In this document: in pieces, positions 45,250 through 53,114 of the stretch | Layout: each line of letters starts with the position of its first letter | Numbering within the stretch: position 1 is the first letter of the stretch | IMG/VR virus record: IMGVR_UViG_3300000101_000005 | Direction: 5' to 3' (one strand) | From: a virus | Lineage: Duplodnaviria; Caudoviricetes | DNA length: 64,000 nucleotides | Position numbers and translations under genes: made by a program | The notes under the pieces: model-generated | Told to the model about the DNA's origin: nothing | Databases searched by the model: none | The model's input: only the letters and a program-made list of their open reading frames with translations

Positions 45250-48200
45250 TTAGAATTTCCAGTTGAGCTTAACGCCTAAGCTCGTCTGATCGTTGTTTTT
45301 TGTACCTGCAACATTTAAGCGATGCTCGCCATAGCCAGCCATGCTAAACCGATCATCTACTTTATATTGTACAAAAAGACCTAGGTCATGTTCAATAACT
45401 TTCGTACTGGCATCAGCACTACCTTCATTAAACTTTACTTGACCGTCGATAGTACGCCCTACGGGGACTTTGTAGTGCATATTACCGCTCATGATATTTA
45501 GCGGTTGGCTATAGCTGGCTCCCATCATCCAACCTTGAGCTGGTTTTACCCCGCCACCAACTGCAAAACTTCTGCTTATTAGACTGTCGTAACCTGTAAT
45601 TAGACTAAAGTCTTTACTAGCTTCAACATCCGTCATACCTAGCTGAAGGTTACCAAAGCCAAACACTTGATCTGAGAAGTTGTGTTTAACACTAAGGCTT
45701 GCATAGTTTGTTGTGTGATTCTCACCAACACCCATATACCCTTCTTGCACGTTATTAAGGAACTTTCCAGTTTCTTTAACAAAACCTAGTCCGAAGTCTA
45801 CTTTAGTATCTTCGTCCTTATGGATTGCATAACCTAACTTTGCTAGGTAATCACCACCCACATTAGAGTTTGTTTTAAGGCTACCAGTAAATCCCATAAT
45901 TTCAGGTATTGCTAGGTTAGCGTCAGTTGATGCTAGATTAGCATAAGCATCGTAGTTTCCTGCATTAGCATTAGCACCGCTAAATGCCATCATTTCTACG
46001 AAACTACCAGGGCGAGTGTCAACCGCTTGCGTATTGTCTAGATTAATTGAATAATCACGCTCAAAATCATCTAGCACCATTACATTACTTAATGCTGAAA
46101 ACGCTTGCTTGTTAATGTTACCAACAGCCGCTCCACCACTTAGATTAGCGATGTTGCTAATGCCACCACTTGTACGCCCACTGGTTGGAATACCAACTGC
46201 ACCTACAGGCTGTGTAGCATTATCCAAGTCCAACAATCCACTGCCGTGTACGCCTGAATCATAACCTGCAATTGTCTTATCAGCAGTAGTAGTAACCAAC
46301 TTTACAAGGTTCTCACCTTTCATGTGTGGCCACATTTGGTTAAGGATAGCCAATGCACCAGTAACCTGAGGGGCCGCCATGGACGTTCCACTCATGTCAA
46401 TTGTAGCATTTGCATCGCCTTTATTTGCACTACGGACACTCATGCCAGGAGCAAGAATATAGAAGTCCTTCATGCTAGCGGCATCTTTACAAACATTTGC
46501 TGATTCATCGTAAGTAGTACAAAGGTGTCCACCTTTAGCACCCTGAACAATTTGGTTGTTCTGATCCCAGTTTCCAACAACTAACATACGTCCGCCTAGG
46601 ATAAGATCACCATTCGCATCAGTAGCAGTTGCCATCTGTCCAGTACCAAAAACAACATCACTAGTTTGGTTACCAGCACTGTTAACAAGTACTTGTTCAG
46701 TGCCTAGTGCTGCCGCCCATAACGGGGCTTCATCGATAACACCGTTATAACCATACTGTCCATAAAAACTGTGGCTAGACTTAAAGTTTCCGCCACCCAA
46801 GTCAACAATACTGCTTCGCAATGCACTGTCTGAATTGTAGTTAGCACTTACGTTGTAAGCAATACTACCTTTATCAGCAGCCCAGCTTGCACCTTGACGA
46901 GCTCTGCCAAAGCTATAGCCGTTGCTGTCAGTAATCTTAACTACTGCAACATCAGCATCATATGCTACACCATGGATACCAGTGCCGTTCTTACGGCCGG
47001 CTGCAATGCCCATAACGTGTGATCCGTGTCCAACATTATCGTTCATGTTAGATGAATCGCCAGTTAAAGTATTGTAGACATGCTTTGCTTCCAAGTCATT
47101 ATGGCTAGTATTATAGCCAGTATCAGCAATGGTTACCAAACTACCTTTGCCAGTCCATCCACGGCTATATGCTACATCTGCCTTAATAATATCTTTAAAA
47201 ACAGTATAGCCTGCACCTTGTCCGTCCAAGAACTCAGCAGTCCTGTGGTTTACACCAACAGCGGCGGTTGTCTTAGTACCAAGATGTGCCATGTTAACAC
47301 CGGAAACATCGTCTTCTGCCTCTTCAGCAACTTCTTCTTCGGCAGATTCCTCAACGGCACCTACCATAGTAGAACTCATTACCTTTACCCACTCATCGTT
47401 AACTACTGTATCAGCAGTGTTAACAACTACCACTGTTTCTCCACGGATTAGTTCTTCTTTACCATCCGTCCATATTTTTTTAGTAACTGGAGTTGTTTTC
47501 GTTGTAGTGGTAGTGGTTACAGTTGCTACTGTTTTGTAATGTCTGGTAACTGTATTATAGTTATTACCATCTACAACAGCTGAAGTAGTCTTGTCTTCAT
47601 GAGTTGTTACAAAAACTGGATCAGATTCTGCAACTTCTGTAATTACTTCGTTAGTAACCGTCTCACTTGTAACAACATGTTCTGTAGTTGTTTCTACTAC
47701 TTCGTTGTCAGCAACTTCAACAATAACTTCATCTTCTGTAACTGCATCAACTTGATCAGTATCGTCATGTGTGTATACATGTCCGTCTGCATAAGTGTAT
47801 ACAGTAACCTTGGGATAGGTAGTTGTTGTTGTAATAGGAGTTGTTTTAGTAACAGTAGTCTTACGCAACGTTTTGTGCAAGATACTTGTGTCAGGCTGAA
47901 CTTCCTGTGTTGCACGATCTTCAAAAACACTTTCTGTCTTTGTTTCGCCACGGGCAACAACAACAGTTGCTTCATTTTGCAAATCAGTAGTATAACTGAT
48001 TGTTGAAGACATCTCTTCAGTACTAACCTGAGGAGCTGCATCAAAAGTCTGCTGGTTTACAACTTCACGAATTGCACCCTTGTCTTCTTTAGTACTGCCG
48101 TCACTAAAAACAGTAGTAGTAACGTTCTGTACCTTAAGGGTAAATGTACGATCATACTCCATGTTCTTTGTAGTAGTTTTCGTCCATGTTGCTGTACGTG

Positions 48201-48852
48201 TTAGGTTACTAACACTATCACCACCAGTAACAGTTTGCTCGCCATTTGCAATGTCAGTTGACTTGACACGCTCTTCGGAGTTAGTTGTTGCTGATGTTTC
48301 TACTGTTACTGAGCTAGTAGATGCACTTATAACTGTTGGAGTGGCGCCTTCAAAAATAGCAGCCTTCTGATCAGAAATTTTCTTGTCCAACGTTTCCTTC
48401 TTTGCGAGGAATTCAAAATCTTGGGTATCATAGCTGCCACCTTGGACAACCTTGTTTACTACAGGCCGTAGATCTTCTTTGAGAATCTTAACAACGGCTT
48501 CAGCTTCTCTCCACTCTTCGGTGGATAATTTAACTGCAAGTAGTTTTGGGTTCATGCTGGTCTTATATTCTTCCCAGCTATTAATAACGTTATCGATCTG
48601 GCTAACAACGTCGCCTGCCATTTTTACATCGGTAGCGTTAGGGTTAACTAATGCACTGATACTAGCACTGCTCTGTGCTACTGCAACCACTTGCTCCAAT
48701 TCGGAGATCTGGCTACTAATAGCCGCAAATGCGCTATTCGTTGTCAGTCCACTAGTAGCATTGCGTACAGCATTCGCACCATCGCCTGGATTACAAGCGG
48801 TTAGTGCAGACGTAGCCATAAGCAATCCTATAGTACTGCTTTTAAGTTTCAT
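45250..48852 (-). CDS. Lipoprotein subtilisin-like serine protease (S8) with Thr/Val-rich stalk repeats and autotransporter-like beta-barrel C-terminus
   Basis: Lipobox ...ATSALTA-C. Catalytic D (VTIADTG), H (GHGSHVMGIAAG), oxyanion N (NSAGN) and S (GTSMAAPQVTGA). G.GLLDL..A linker, alternating beta strands and a terminal LGVKLNWKF. Confidence 0.85.
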   Translation of the reverse strand: MKLKSSTIGLLMATSALTACNPGDGANAVRNATSGLTTNSAFAAISSQISELEQVVAVAQSSASISALVNPNATDVKMAGDVVSQIDNVINSWEEYKTSMNPKLLAVKLSTEEWREAEAVVKILKEDLRPVVNKVVQGGSYDTQDFEFLAKKETLDKKISDQKAAIFEGATPTVISASTSSVTVETSATTNSEERVKSTDIANGEQTVTGGDSVSNLTRTATWTKTTTKNMEYDRTFTLKVQNVTTTVFSDGSTKEDKGAIREVVNQQTFDAAPQVSTEEMSSTISYTTDLQNEATVVVARGETKTESVFEDRATQEVQPDTSILHKTLRKTTVTKTTPITTTTTYPKVTVYTYADGHVYTHDDTDQVDAVTEDEVIVEVADNEVVETTTEHVVTSETVTNEVITEVAESDPVFVTTHEDKTTSAVVDGNNYNTVTRHYKTVATVTTTTTTKTTPVTKKIWTDGKEELIRGETVVVVNTADTVVNDEWVKVMSSTMVGAVEESAEEEVAEEAEDDVSGVNMAHLGTKTTAAVGVNHRTAEFLDGQGAGYTVFKDIIKADVAYSRGWTGKGSLVTIADTGYNTSHNDLEAKHVYNTLTGDSSNMNDNVGHGSHVMGIAAGRKNGTGIHGVAYDADVAVVKITDSNGYSFGRARQGASWAADKGSIAYNVSANYNSDSALRSSIVDLGGGNFKSSHSFYGQYGYNGVIDEAPLWAAALGTEQVLVNSAGNQTSDVVFGTGQMATATDANGDLILGGRMLVVGNWDQNNQIVQGAKGGHLCTTYDESANVCKDAASMKDFYILAPGMSVRSANKGDANATIDMSGTSMAAPQVTGALAILNQMWPHMKGENLVKLVTTTADKTIAGYDSGVHGSGLLDLDNATQPVGAVGIPTSGRTSGGISNIANLSGGAAVGNINKQAFSALSNVMVLDDFERDYSINLDNTQAVDTRPGSFVEMMAFSGANANAGNYDAYANLASTDANLAIPEIMGFTGSLKTNSNVGGDYLAKLGYAIHKDEDTKVDFGLGFVKETGKFLNNVQEGYMGVGENHTTNYASLSVKHNFSDQVFGFGNLQLGMTDVEASKDFSLITGYDSLISRSFAVGGGVKPAQGWMMGASYSQPLNIMSGNMHYKVPVGRTIDGQVKFNEGSADASTKVIEHDLGLFVQYKVDDRFSMAGYGEHRLNVAGTKNNDQTSLGVKLNWKF

Positions 48853-48861
48853 ATTTACCTC

Positions 48862-48941
48862 TTACTCTATGTTTTAGTATGGTACACAGCTCATCTGTGC
48901 AAACCATACTCTTATGTTAACATAGAGTAAAGGATCGTCAA
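48862..48941 (-). promoter_or_regulatory. Putative sigma70 promoter (TTGACG-N16-TAACAT) overlapped by nested inverted repeats upstream of the protease gene
   Basis: 12-bp inverted repeat 48862-48873/48919-48930, inner 8-bp repeat 48876-48883/48903-48910, innermost CACAG/CTGTG. A GAGG ribosome-binding site follows immediately. Confidence 0.55.
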
Positions 48942-48954
48942 CCGTTCTTGAAAC

Positions 48955-49299
48955 TTATTTTTTGTTTAGTAGTTCCCAGGCTTTGTAATGTTCTTGTAGT
49001 TTGCTAAATTCTTCCCATTTAGCTTTTAGCTCTGGGTGTTCGTCACAAAGGTCGTTATCTACGATGTAAGTGTTTTTCTTAACTTGCACTGTGCCAATTG
49101 GATCGCCATTTACTCCCCAAGGGCGACTAGCAGCCCAGCCATCATCTGGCCATTCTGTGTGCATTTCAACACTGTCCAGTCTTTGGCGACCAACACTGTC
49201 CAGTCTTTGGCGACTCTGATAATCACTAAAGTCTCTAGCGTATATTGTTAAGCCGCCGTCTGGTGACTCGTAAATTTTAGGTTTTTTAGTATCTGCCAT
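48955..49299 (-). CDS. Hypothetical protein
   Basis: Likely start ATG 49299 (MADTKKPKIYESPDGG...), overlapping the PMM 3' end by about 52 nt. Confidence 0.5.
   Translation of the reverse strand: MADTKKPKIYESPDGGLTIYARDFSDYQSRQRLDSVGRQRLDSVEMHTEWPDDGWAASRPWGVNGDPIGTVQVKKNTYIVDNDLCDEHPELKAKWEEFSKLQEHYKAWELLNKK
49167..49214. repeat. Perfect 24-bp tandem duplication (in-frame, RQRLDSVG/E twice)
   Basis: CAACACTGTCCAGTCTTTGGCGAC at 49167-49190 and 49191-49214. Confidence 0.95.
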
Positions 49300-49961
49300 G
49301 TTTCTTCCCAGTTTTTTACGTGTGATACTTGACAAGTTTTTCTCTTTTTTATGCGACTAGCAATACTGTAGTCATTTCCACTGGGATCGCAACGATCACC
49401 AAAGAAGTGTATAGGATTGCCGCTAAAGTATTTAAGTACTTGGGATTTATCATTACCTTTAGGATACACGTCAATGCCTGTTTCTCCACCAACTTCTGCA
49501 GCTAAGTCATGAAACTTGCTTCTAATTAATACTGAAATACGTTGTCTTTCGTTATTTTCTTGATCCCATTTGTAATAGTTGGTTCTTTGGTCACCAACTG
49601 AGTTTCTCCCTACTATACTAAAATTAAGCATACCTGGCCTAACTTCAATATGGTTACCGTGTCTTTCTAAATATGGGCTATTGGATAAAGTTTGCTCTAA
49701 AAACTCTATTAATTCGTTACTGGGTTTCCAGCTATTTTTTGCTATATGCTTCCCTCGTAGATAAACATCACTGCCACTGCAATTAAAACAATAATGTGCC
49801 TGCTTAAACACATCCTCTCCTACTTGCTCTATAGTTTTTGGATAATCACTGCCTGTAACTAAACTAAAATTTGGCAATGTAAGAAAGAACTTTTTAAAGT
49901 CTGGATCCATCTGACCCCGGCTTGGGGTCAAAGTTCCGTCCACATCGAATAACAATATCAA
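49248..49961 (-). CDS. Eukaryotic-type phosphomannomutase (HAD subfamily IIB)
   Basis: LFDVDGTLTPSR, LVTGSDY, HIEVRPGMLNFSIVGR, GGETGIDVYPKGNDK and FFGDRCDPSGNDY match PMM1/2-type motifs; TTG start. Confidence 0.85.
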   Translation of the reverse strand: MILLFDVDGTLTPSRGQMDPDFKKFFLTLPNFSLVTGSDYPKTIEQVGEDVFKQAHYCFNCSGSDVYLRGKHIAKNSWKPSNELIEFLEQTLSNSPYLERHGNHIEVRPGMLNFSIVGRNSVGDQRTNYYKWDQENNERQRISVLIRSKFHDLAAEVGGETGIDVYPKGNDKSQVLKYFSGNPIHFFGDRCDPSGNDYSIASRIKKRKTCQVSHVKNWEETWQILKNLKFTSHQTAA

Positions 49962-50393
49962 TTACTTTTCCACTTCTGGTTGCATAGATTTTAGATATAC
50001 AATAGTTGCGGCACGTTTCTTTTCCTTTTTCTCACGGAAACTCATTCTTGTACCTTTAACCATCTTTTTACTCTTAGTAAGCCATTGGTCCATTAACTCA
50101 ACAGTCCATACAGGATTTTCTTCTGCCCATGCTCTAAACTTCTTACTATACTTGTAGTCTTCATTTTTAGCAGTGCCGCGGTTAAATATATTCCAGAGGT
50201 TTGGTCCCATCTTGTTTTTGCCATCTTCTGCAATGGTATGACAGGATACACACTTTTTAAATGATTTTTTATCTATTGGTATTAACCTAACCTCTGCCCA
50301 GGATGGTGTAACTATTAACGCTGTTATTACTAGTGTCCATATTATAACCTGTGTTGCTATTATTGCTGGTGTTGATAATAAAATTTTTAACAT
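49962..50393 (-). CDS. Class I cytochrome c (cytochrome c2-like) with N-terminal signal/membrane anchor
   Basis: Hydrophobic leader, heme motif CVSCH, KMGPNLWNIFNR, YSKKF and axial Met in KGTRMSF. AGGAG ribosome-binding site before ATG 50393. Confidence 0.85.
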   Translation of the reverse strand: MLKILLSTPAIIATQVIIWTLVITALIVTPSWAEVRLIPIDKKSFKKCVSCHTIAEDGKNKMGPNLWNIFNRGTAKNEDYKYSKKFRAWAEENPVWTVELMDQWLTKSKKMVKGTRMSFREKKEKKRAATIVYLKSMQPEVEK

Positions 50394-50406
50394 TGTTTTT
50401 CTCCTT

Positions 50407-51093
50407 CTACTTACATACGAATCCTTGCTGAAGTTTAATATTGTCCATAAACTCTTTTTTACAACCAGGATCGTTATGGAAACTACCACGCAAGATAGTT
50501 GTTTGTGTCAAACTACTAGTGGCCATGATGCCACGGTTCTCACAACATCCATGAGTTGCATGTATATAGACACCAACATTATCACTGCCTGTGGCTTGTT
50601 GAATCTCATTAGCAATAACCATGTTAAGTTCTTCTTGCAGCGTTCCACGTCTAGCACACCATTGTGCAATTCTTGTGTATTTACTTAGGCCAATAAGTGT
50701 ATCAGCAGCAATAATGCCAATGTATGCAACTCCACTTACAGGCTGATGATGGTGTGAACATACACTTTTTATCTCACTACGTACTACTAACATACCATCA
50801 TAGCTATCAGTAGTGTTAGGAAAGGCAGTTGCGTTGGGTCTGGGCAAGTACCTACCACTCATAATTTCGTTAATGTACATCTTAGCCAATCGTCTGCCAG
50901 TGTCCATGCTGTTTGGATCATTCTCTTTATCGATTACCAAACTATCTAACACTGCTTCAAACTTTGGTGTAAGTTCTTCAATAAGTAGATCTGTTTCTCC
51001 ATCCTGGATAAATTCACTAATGTTGTCACCAGCCCAGTAACGAGCGCCAGATTCTTGTATTCGTTCTCTAATAATTTCGGAAGTCTTTGTCAT
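50407..51093 (-). CDS. folE: GTP cyclohydrolase I
   Basis: DTGRRLAKMY, SVCSHHHQP, GLSKYTRIAQWCARR..LQEEL and ATHGCCENRG (Zn ligands C, H, C). Confidence 0.92.
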   Translation of the reverse strand: MTKTSEIIRERIQESGARYWAGDNISEFIQDGETDLLIEELTPKFEAVLDSLVIDKENDPNSMDTGRRLAKMYINEIMSGRYLPRPNATAFPNTTDSYDGMLVVRSEIKSVCSHHHQPVSGVAYIGIIAADTLIGLSKYTRIAQWCARRGTLQEELNMVIANEIQQATGSDNVGVYIHATHGCCENRGIMATSSLTQTTILRGSFHNDPGCKKEFMDNIKLQQGFVCK

Positions 51094-52056
51094 ATACTAT
51101 GTTCCTTTTCTTTCTCTGTATTTTTAATTAATTTATAAATTTCTTTAGCGTATAGCTTGTGAGTCTCTGGTCCTGGATGCTGGCCGTCTGATCCGAGGTC
51201 TAAAAATAATTCTGAACTTTCTCTTCCCCATAAATTGTGTAGCATAATTAGGTTTGTATTATTTAGATGATGTACAATATTCCTATTTAGAACAGACACA
51301 AGTATTAATTTAGCTTCTATTTTCTGGCAAAAGTTAATAACTTGGTAAACACTGGTTAAATTTTGATAATGTCTATTACTATTATCTAAATCATCTATGC
51401 TACATCCGTATAAATTTCCGGCTTTTACATGCTTAACACAGTTATCAGTATAAAAAGGATATCGATTATCACTTGTCATCCCCCATACTACTGTATCCCC
51501 TTTGCGTATATCAGATCTTAAAATCTGATCTGCTTGCCAGCATATTGATGACGCACTACAAGATAAAAAACTTACTGGTAAACCAAGAGAAGTTGCTAGT
51601 AATTGGCCATATCTCTCATTCTCGGTTACCCCTGTACCCTGGGTTATACTACATCCGCATGCCCATAACTGAGAGGAATCGGTTTTTCTGTTATCAACTA
51701 ACGCTAATATTGATTGACGATCTTTAGTAACATCAGGAGGCGTGTAATTTTTAACTTCGCATCTAAAACTAAAAACTTCTAAATAGTCTTCAGACCATTT
51801 TTTCATATCATTATGAGTCCATTTACCATCAGGCGGAGGAGCATAGACAATTTTATCAGCTTGCTGAAGTGTCAATCCTAGATTAAATATATTTCCGATG
51901 TCGGCTATACTAGTATAATAAGTTCCTGCGGATAAATTGCTAAAGTTATTGGCAGTTAATAACTGAGCATTTTCATCATATGAACGTGTTAAGTCACTAA
52001 GATAAAGACCAACATCACCTAGGTATATTGTAATTGTCATACACTATGTTCCTTTT
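51087..52056. repeat. 23-bp direct repeat (22/23 identical) at 51087-51109 and 52034-52056, bracketing one gene
   Basis: TTGTCATA(T/C)ACTATGTTCCTTTT; on the minus strand AAAAGGAACATAGT(A/G)TATGACAA, comprising an RBS and a start codon. Confidence 0.85.
51090..52040 (-). CDS. SGNH hydrolase-like domain protein with an N-terminal extension
   Basis: WACGCSITQG, NLSCSASSI-like block, VVWGMTSDNR and C-terminal DGQHPG. Confidence 0.5.
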   Translation of the reverse strand: MTITIYLGDVGLYLSDLTRSYDENAQLLTANNFSNLSAGTYYTSIADIGNIFNLGLTLQQADKIVYAPPPDGKWTHNDMKKWSEDYLEVFSFRCEVKNYTPPDVTKDRQSILALVDNRKTDSSQLWACGCSITQGTGVTENERYGQLLATSLGLPVSFLSCSASSICWQADQILRSDIRKGDTVVWGMTSDNRYPFYTDNCVKHVKAGNLYGCSIDDLDNSNRHYQNLTSVYQVINFCQKIEAKLILVSVLNRNIVHHLNNTNLIMLHNLWGRESSELFLDLGSDGQHPGPETHKLYAKEIYKLIKNTEKEKEHSI

Positions 52057-53114
52057 TTTAATAAATTGTTGATCATAATATTACTGCTTAAATACTCTCT
52101 CTTTAATCTTTCTTGTTGAGCAGTAAGTAAATCTTTATATGCTGAATAGCGTGTTAATCTGTCATCTATAAACCTAATTAGTTTATCTTTGTGCTTAATG
52201 TAACTTGGCATATCCTGCGTCCATTTACTTGGATATTTAAACTCGTCATGGTACATTTCTGTATAACTGCATCTGTCAGGAACAATAGGAATCGCTCCTG
52301 TAAGTACTGCTTCCATTACACTAATGCCTAAGTTCTCATGCAATGCACAACTAAAAATAGCTTTACTAGTACCCATTTTAGCATAGTAATTAGCTTTATC
52401 CAAATTCATTTTTTGAGTAATAACCATGTCAAAGTTATCTGATAAGTCTTCTGCCATTAAAGGTTGTTTGTCAGCATTATATCTGTGTGGCCACATAACA
52501 GTATCTTGTTTGGGAGTATCCTGATAAGCCACTAGATCTTTAACTATCAGTTCATGAGGCTGTCCACTCCTAATTGCTTTGTGATGGTATTTGACAGGAA
52601 TGTCTAAATTTTTTAAAAACATTGCACGATGGCTTTCACTAGCATAGTAATTGCAATCACTGCTATGGAACCAACTAGTCTCAACATGATTAGGCCAGGG
52701 CTTTTGCATCTTGTAACCCAAAATGTCACTGGGATCATAAGCACCAGCATGCCAAATACTATGGATTTCTACAGGAATCTCCAGCAAATCACTCATATAC
52801 TTAATTGGTGTAATAATAAAGTTCCATGCATCTGTAACCAAAAACTTGTCACCTGGTTTAATTTCTCCAGCAGTAAACATCTTACTTACAGCATATGATT
52901 GCCATGCTTTGTATACATTAGTTGCACCAAAGTTTAAAAACGCACCTTCTGTTGTAGACTCTGTAATAGTTTCTTCACCGTCAATAGTAGCTACACGGAA
53001 GTTAAGATTTTCCTGTGCGATGCGTTCTTCCAACATAGCAGGGATATTAGTGTACCACTGCTTTGTGTAACGCTGATCAATGGGCTCAATTGGGATAATA
53101 TAGATGGTGTTCAT
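52044..53114 (-). CDS. GT-B fold glycosyltransferase (GT4-like)
   Basis: C-terminal HENLGISVMEAVLTGAIPIVPD (E-x7-E motif), and N-terminal WHAGAYDP. Coupled (ATGA) to the tgt/dpdA gene. Confidence 0.75.
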   Translation of the reverse strand: MNTIYIIPIEPIDQRYTKQWYTNIPAMLEERIAQENLNFRVATIDGEETITESTTEGAFLNFGATNVYKAWQSYAVSKMFTAGEIKPGDKFLVTDAWNFIITPIKYMSDLLEIPVEIHSIWHAGAYDPSDILGYKMQKPWPNHVETSWFHSSDCNYYASESHRAMFLKNLDIPVKYHHKAIRSGQPHELIVKDLVAYQDTPKQDTVMWPHRYNADKQPLMAEDLSDNFDMVITQKMNLDKANYYAKMGTSKAIFSCALHENLGISVMEAVLTGAIPIVPDRCSYTEMYHDEFKYPSKWTQDMPSYIKHKDKLIRFIDDRLTRYSAYKDLLTAQQERLKREYLSSNIMINNLLKKGT

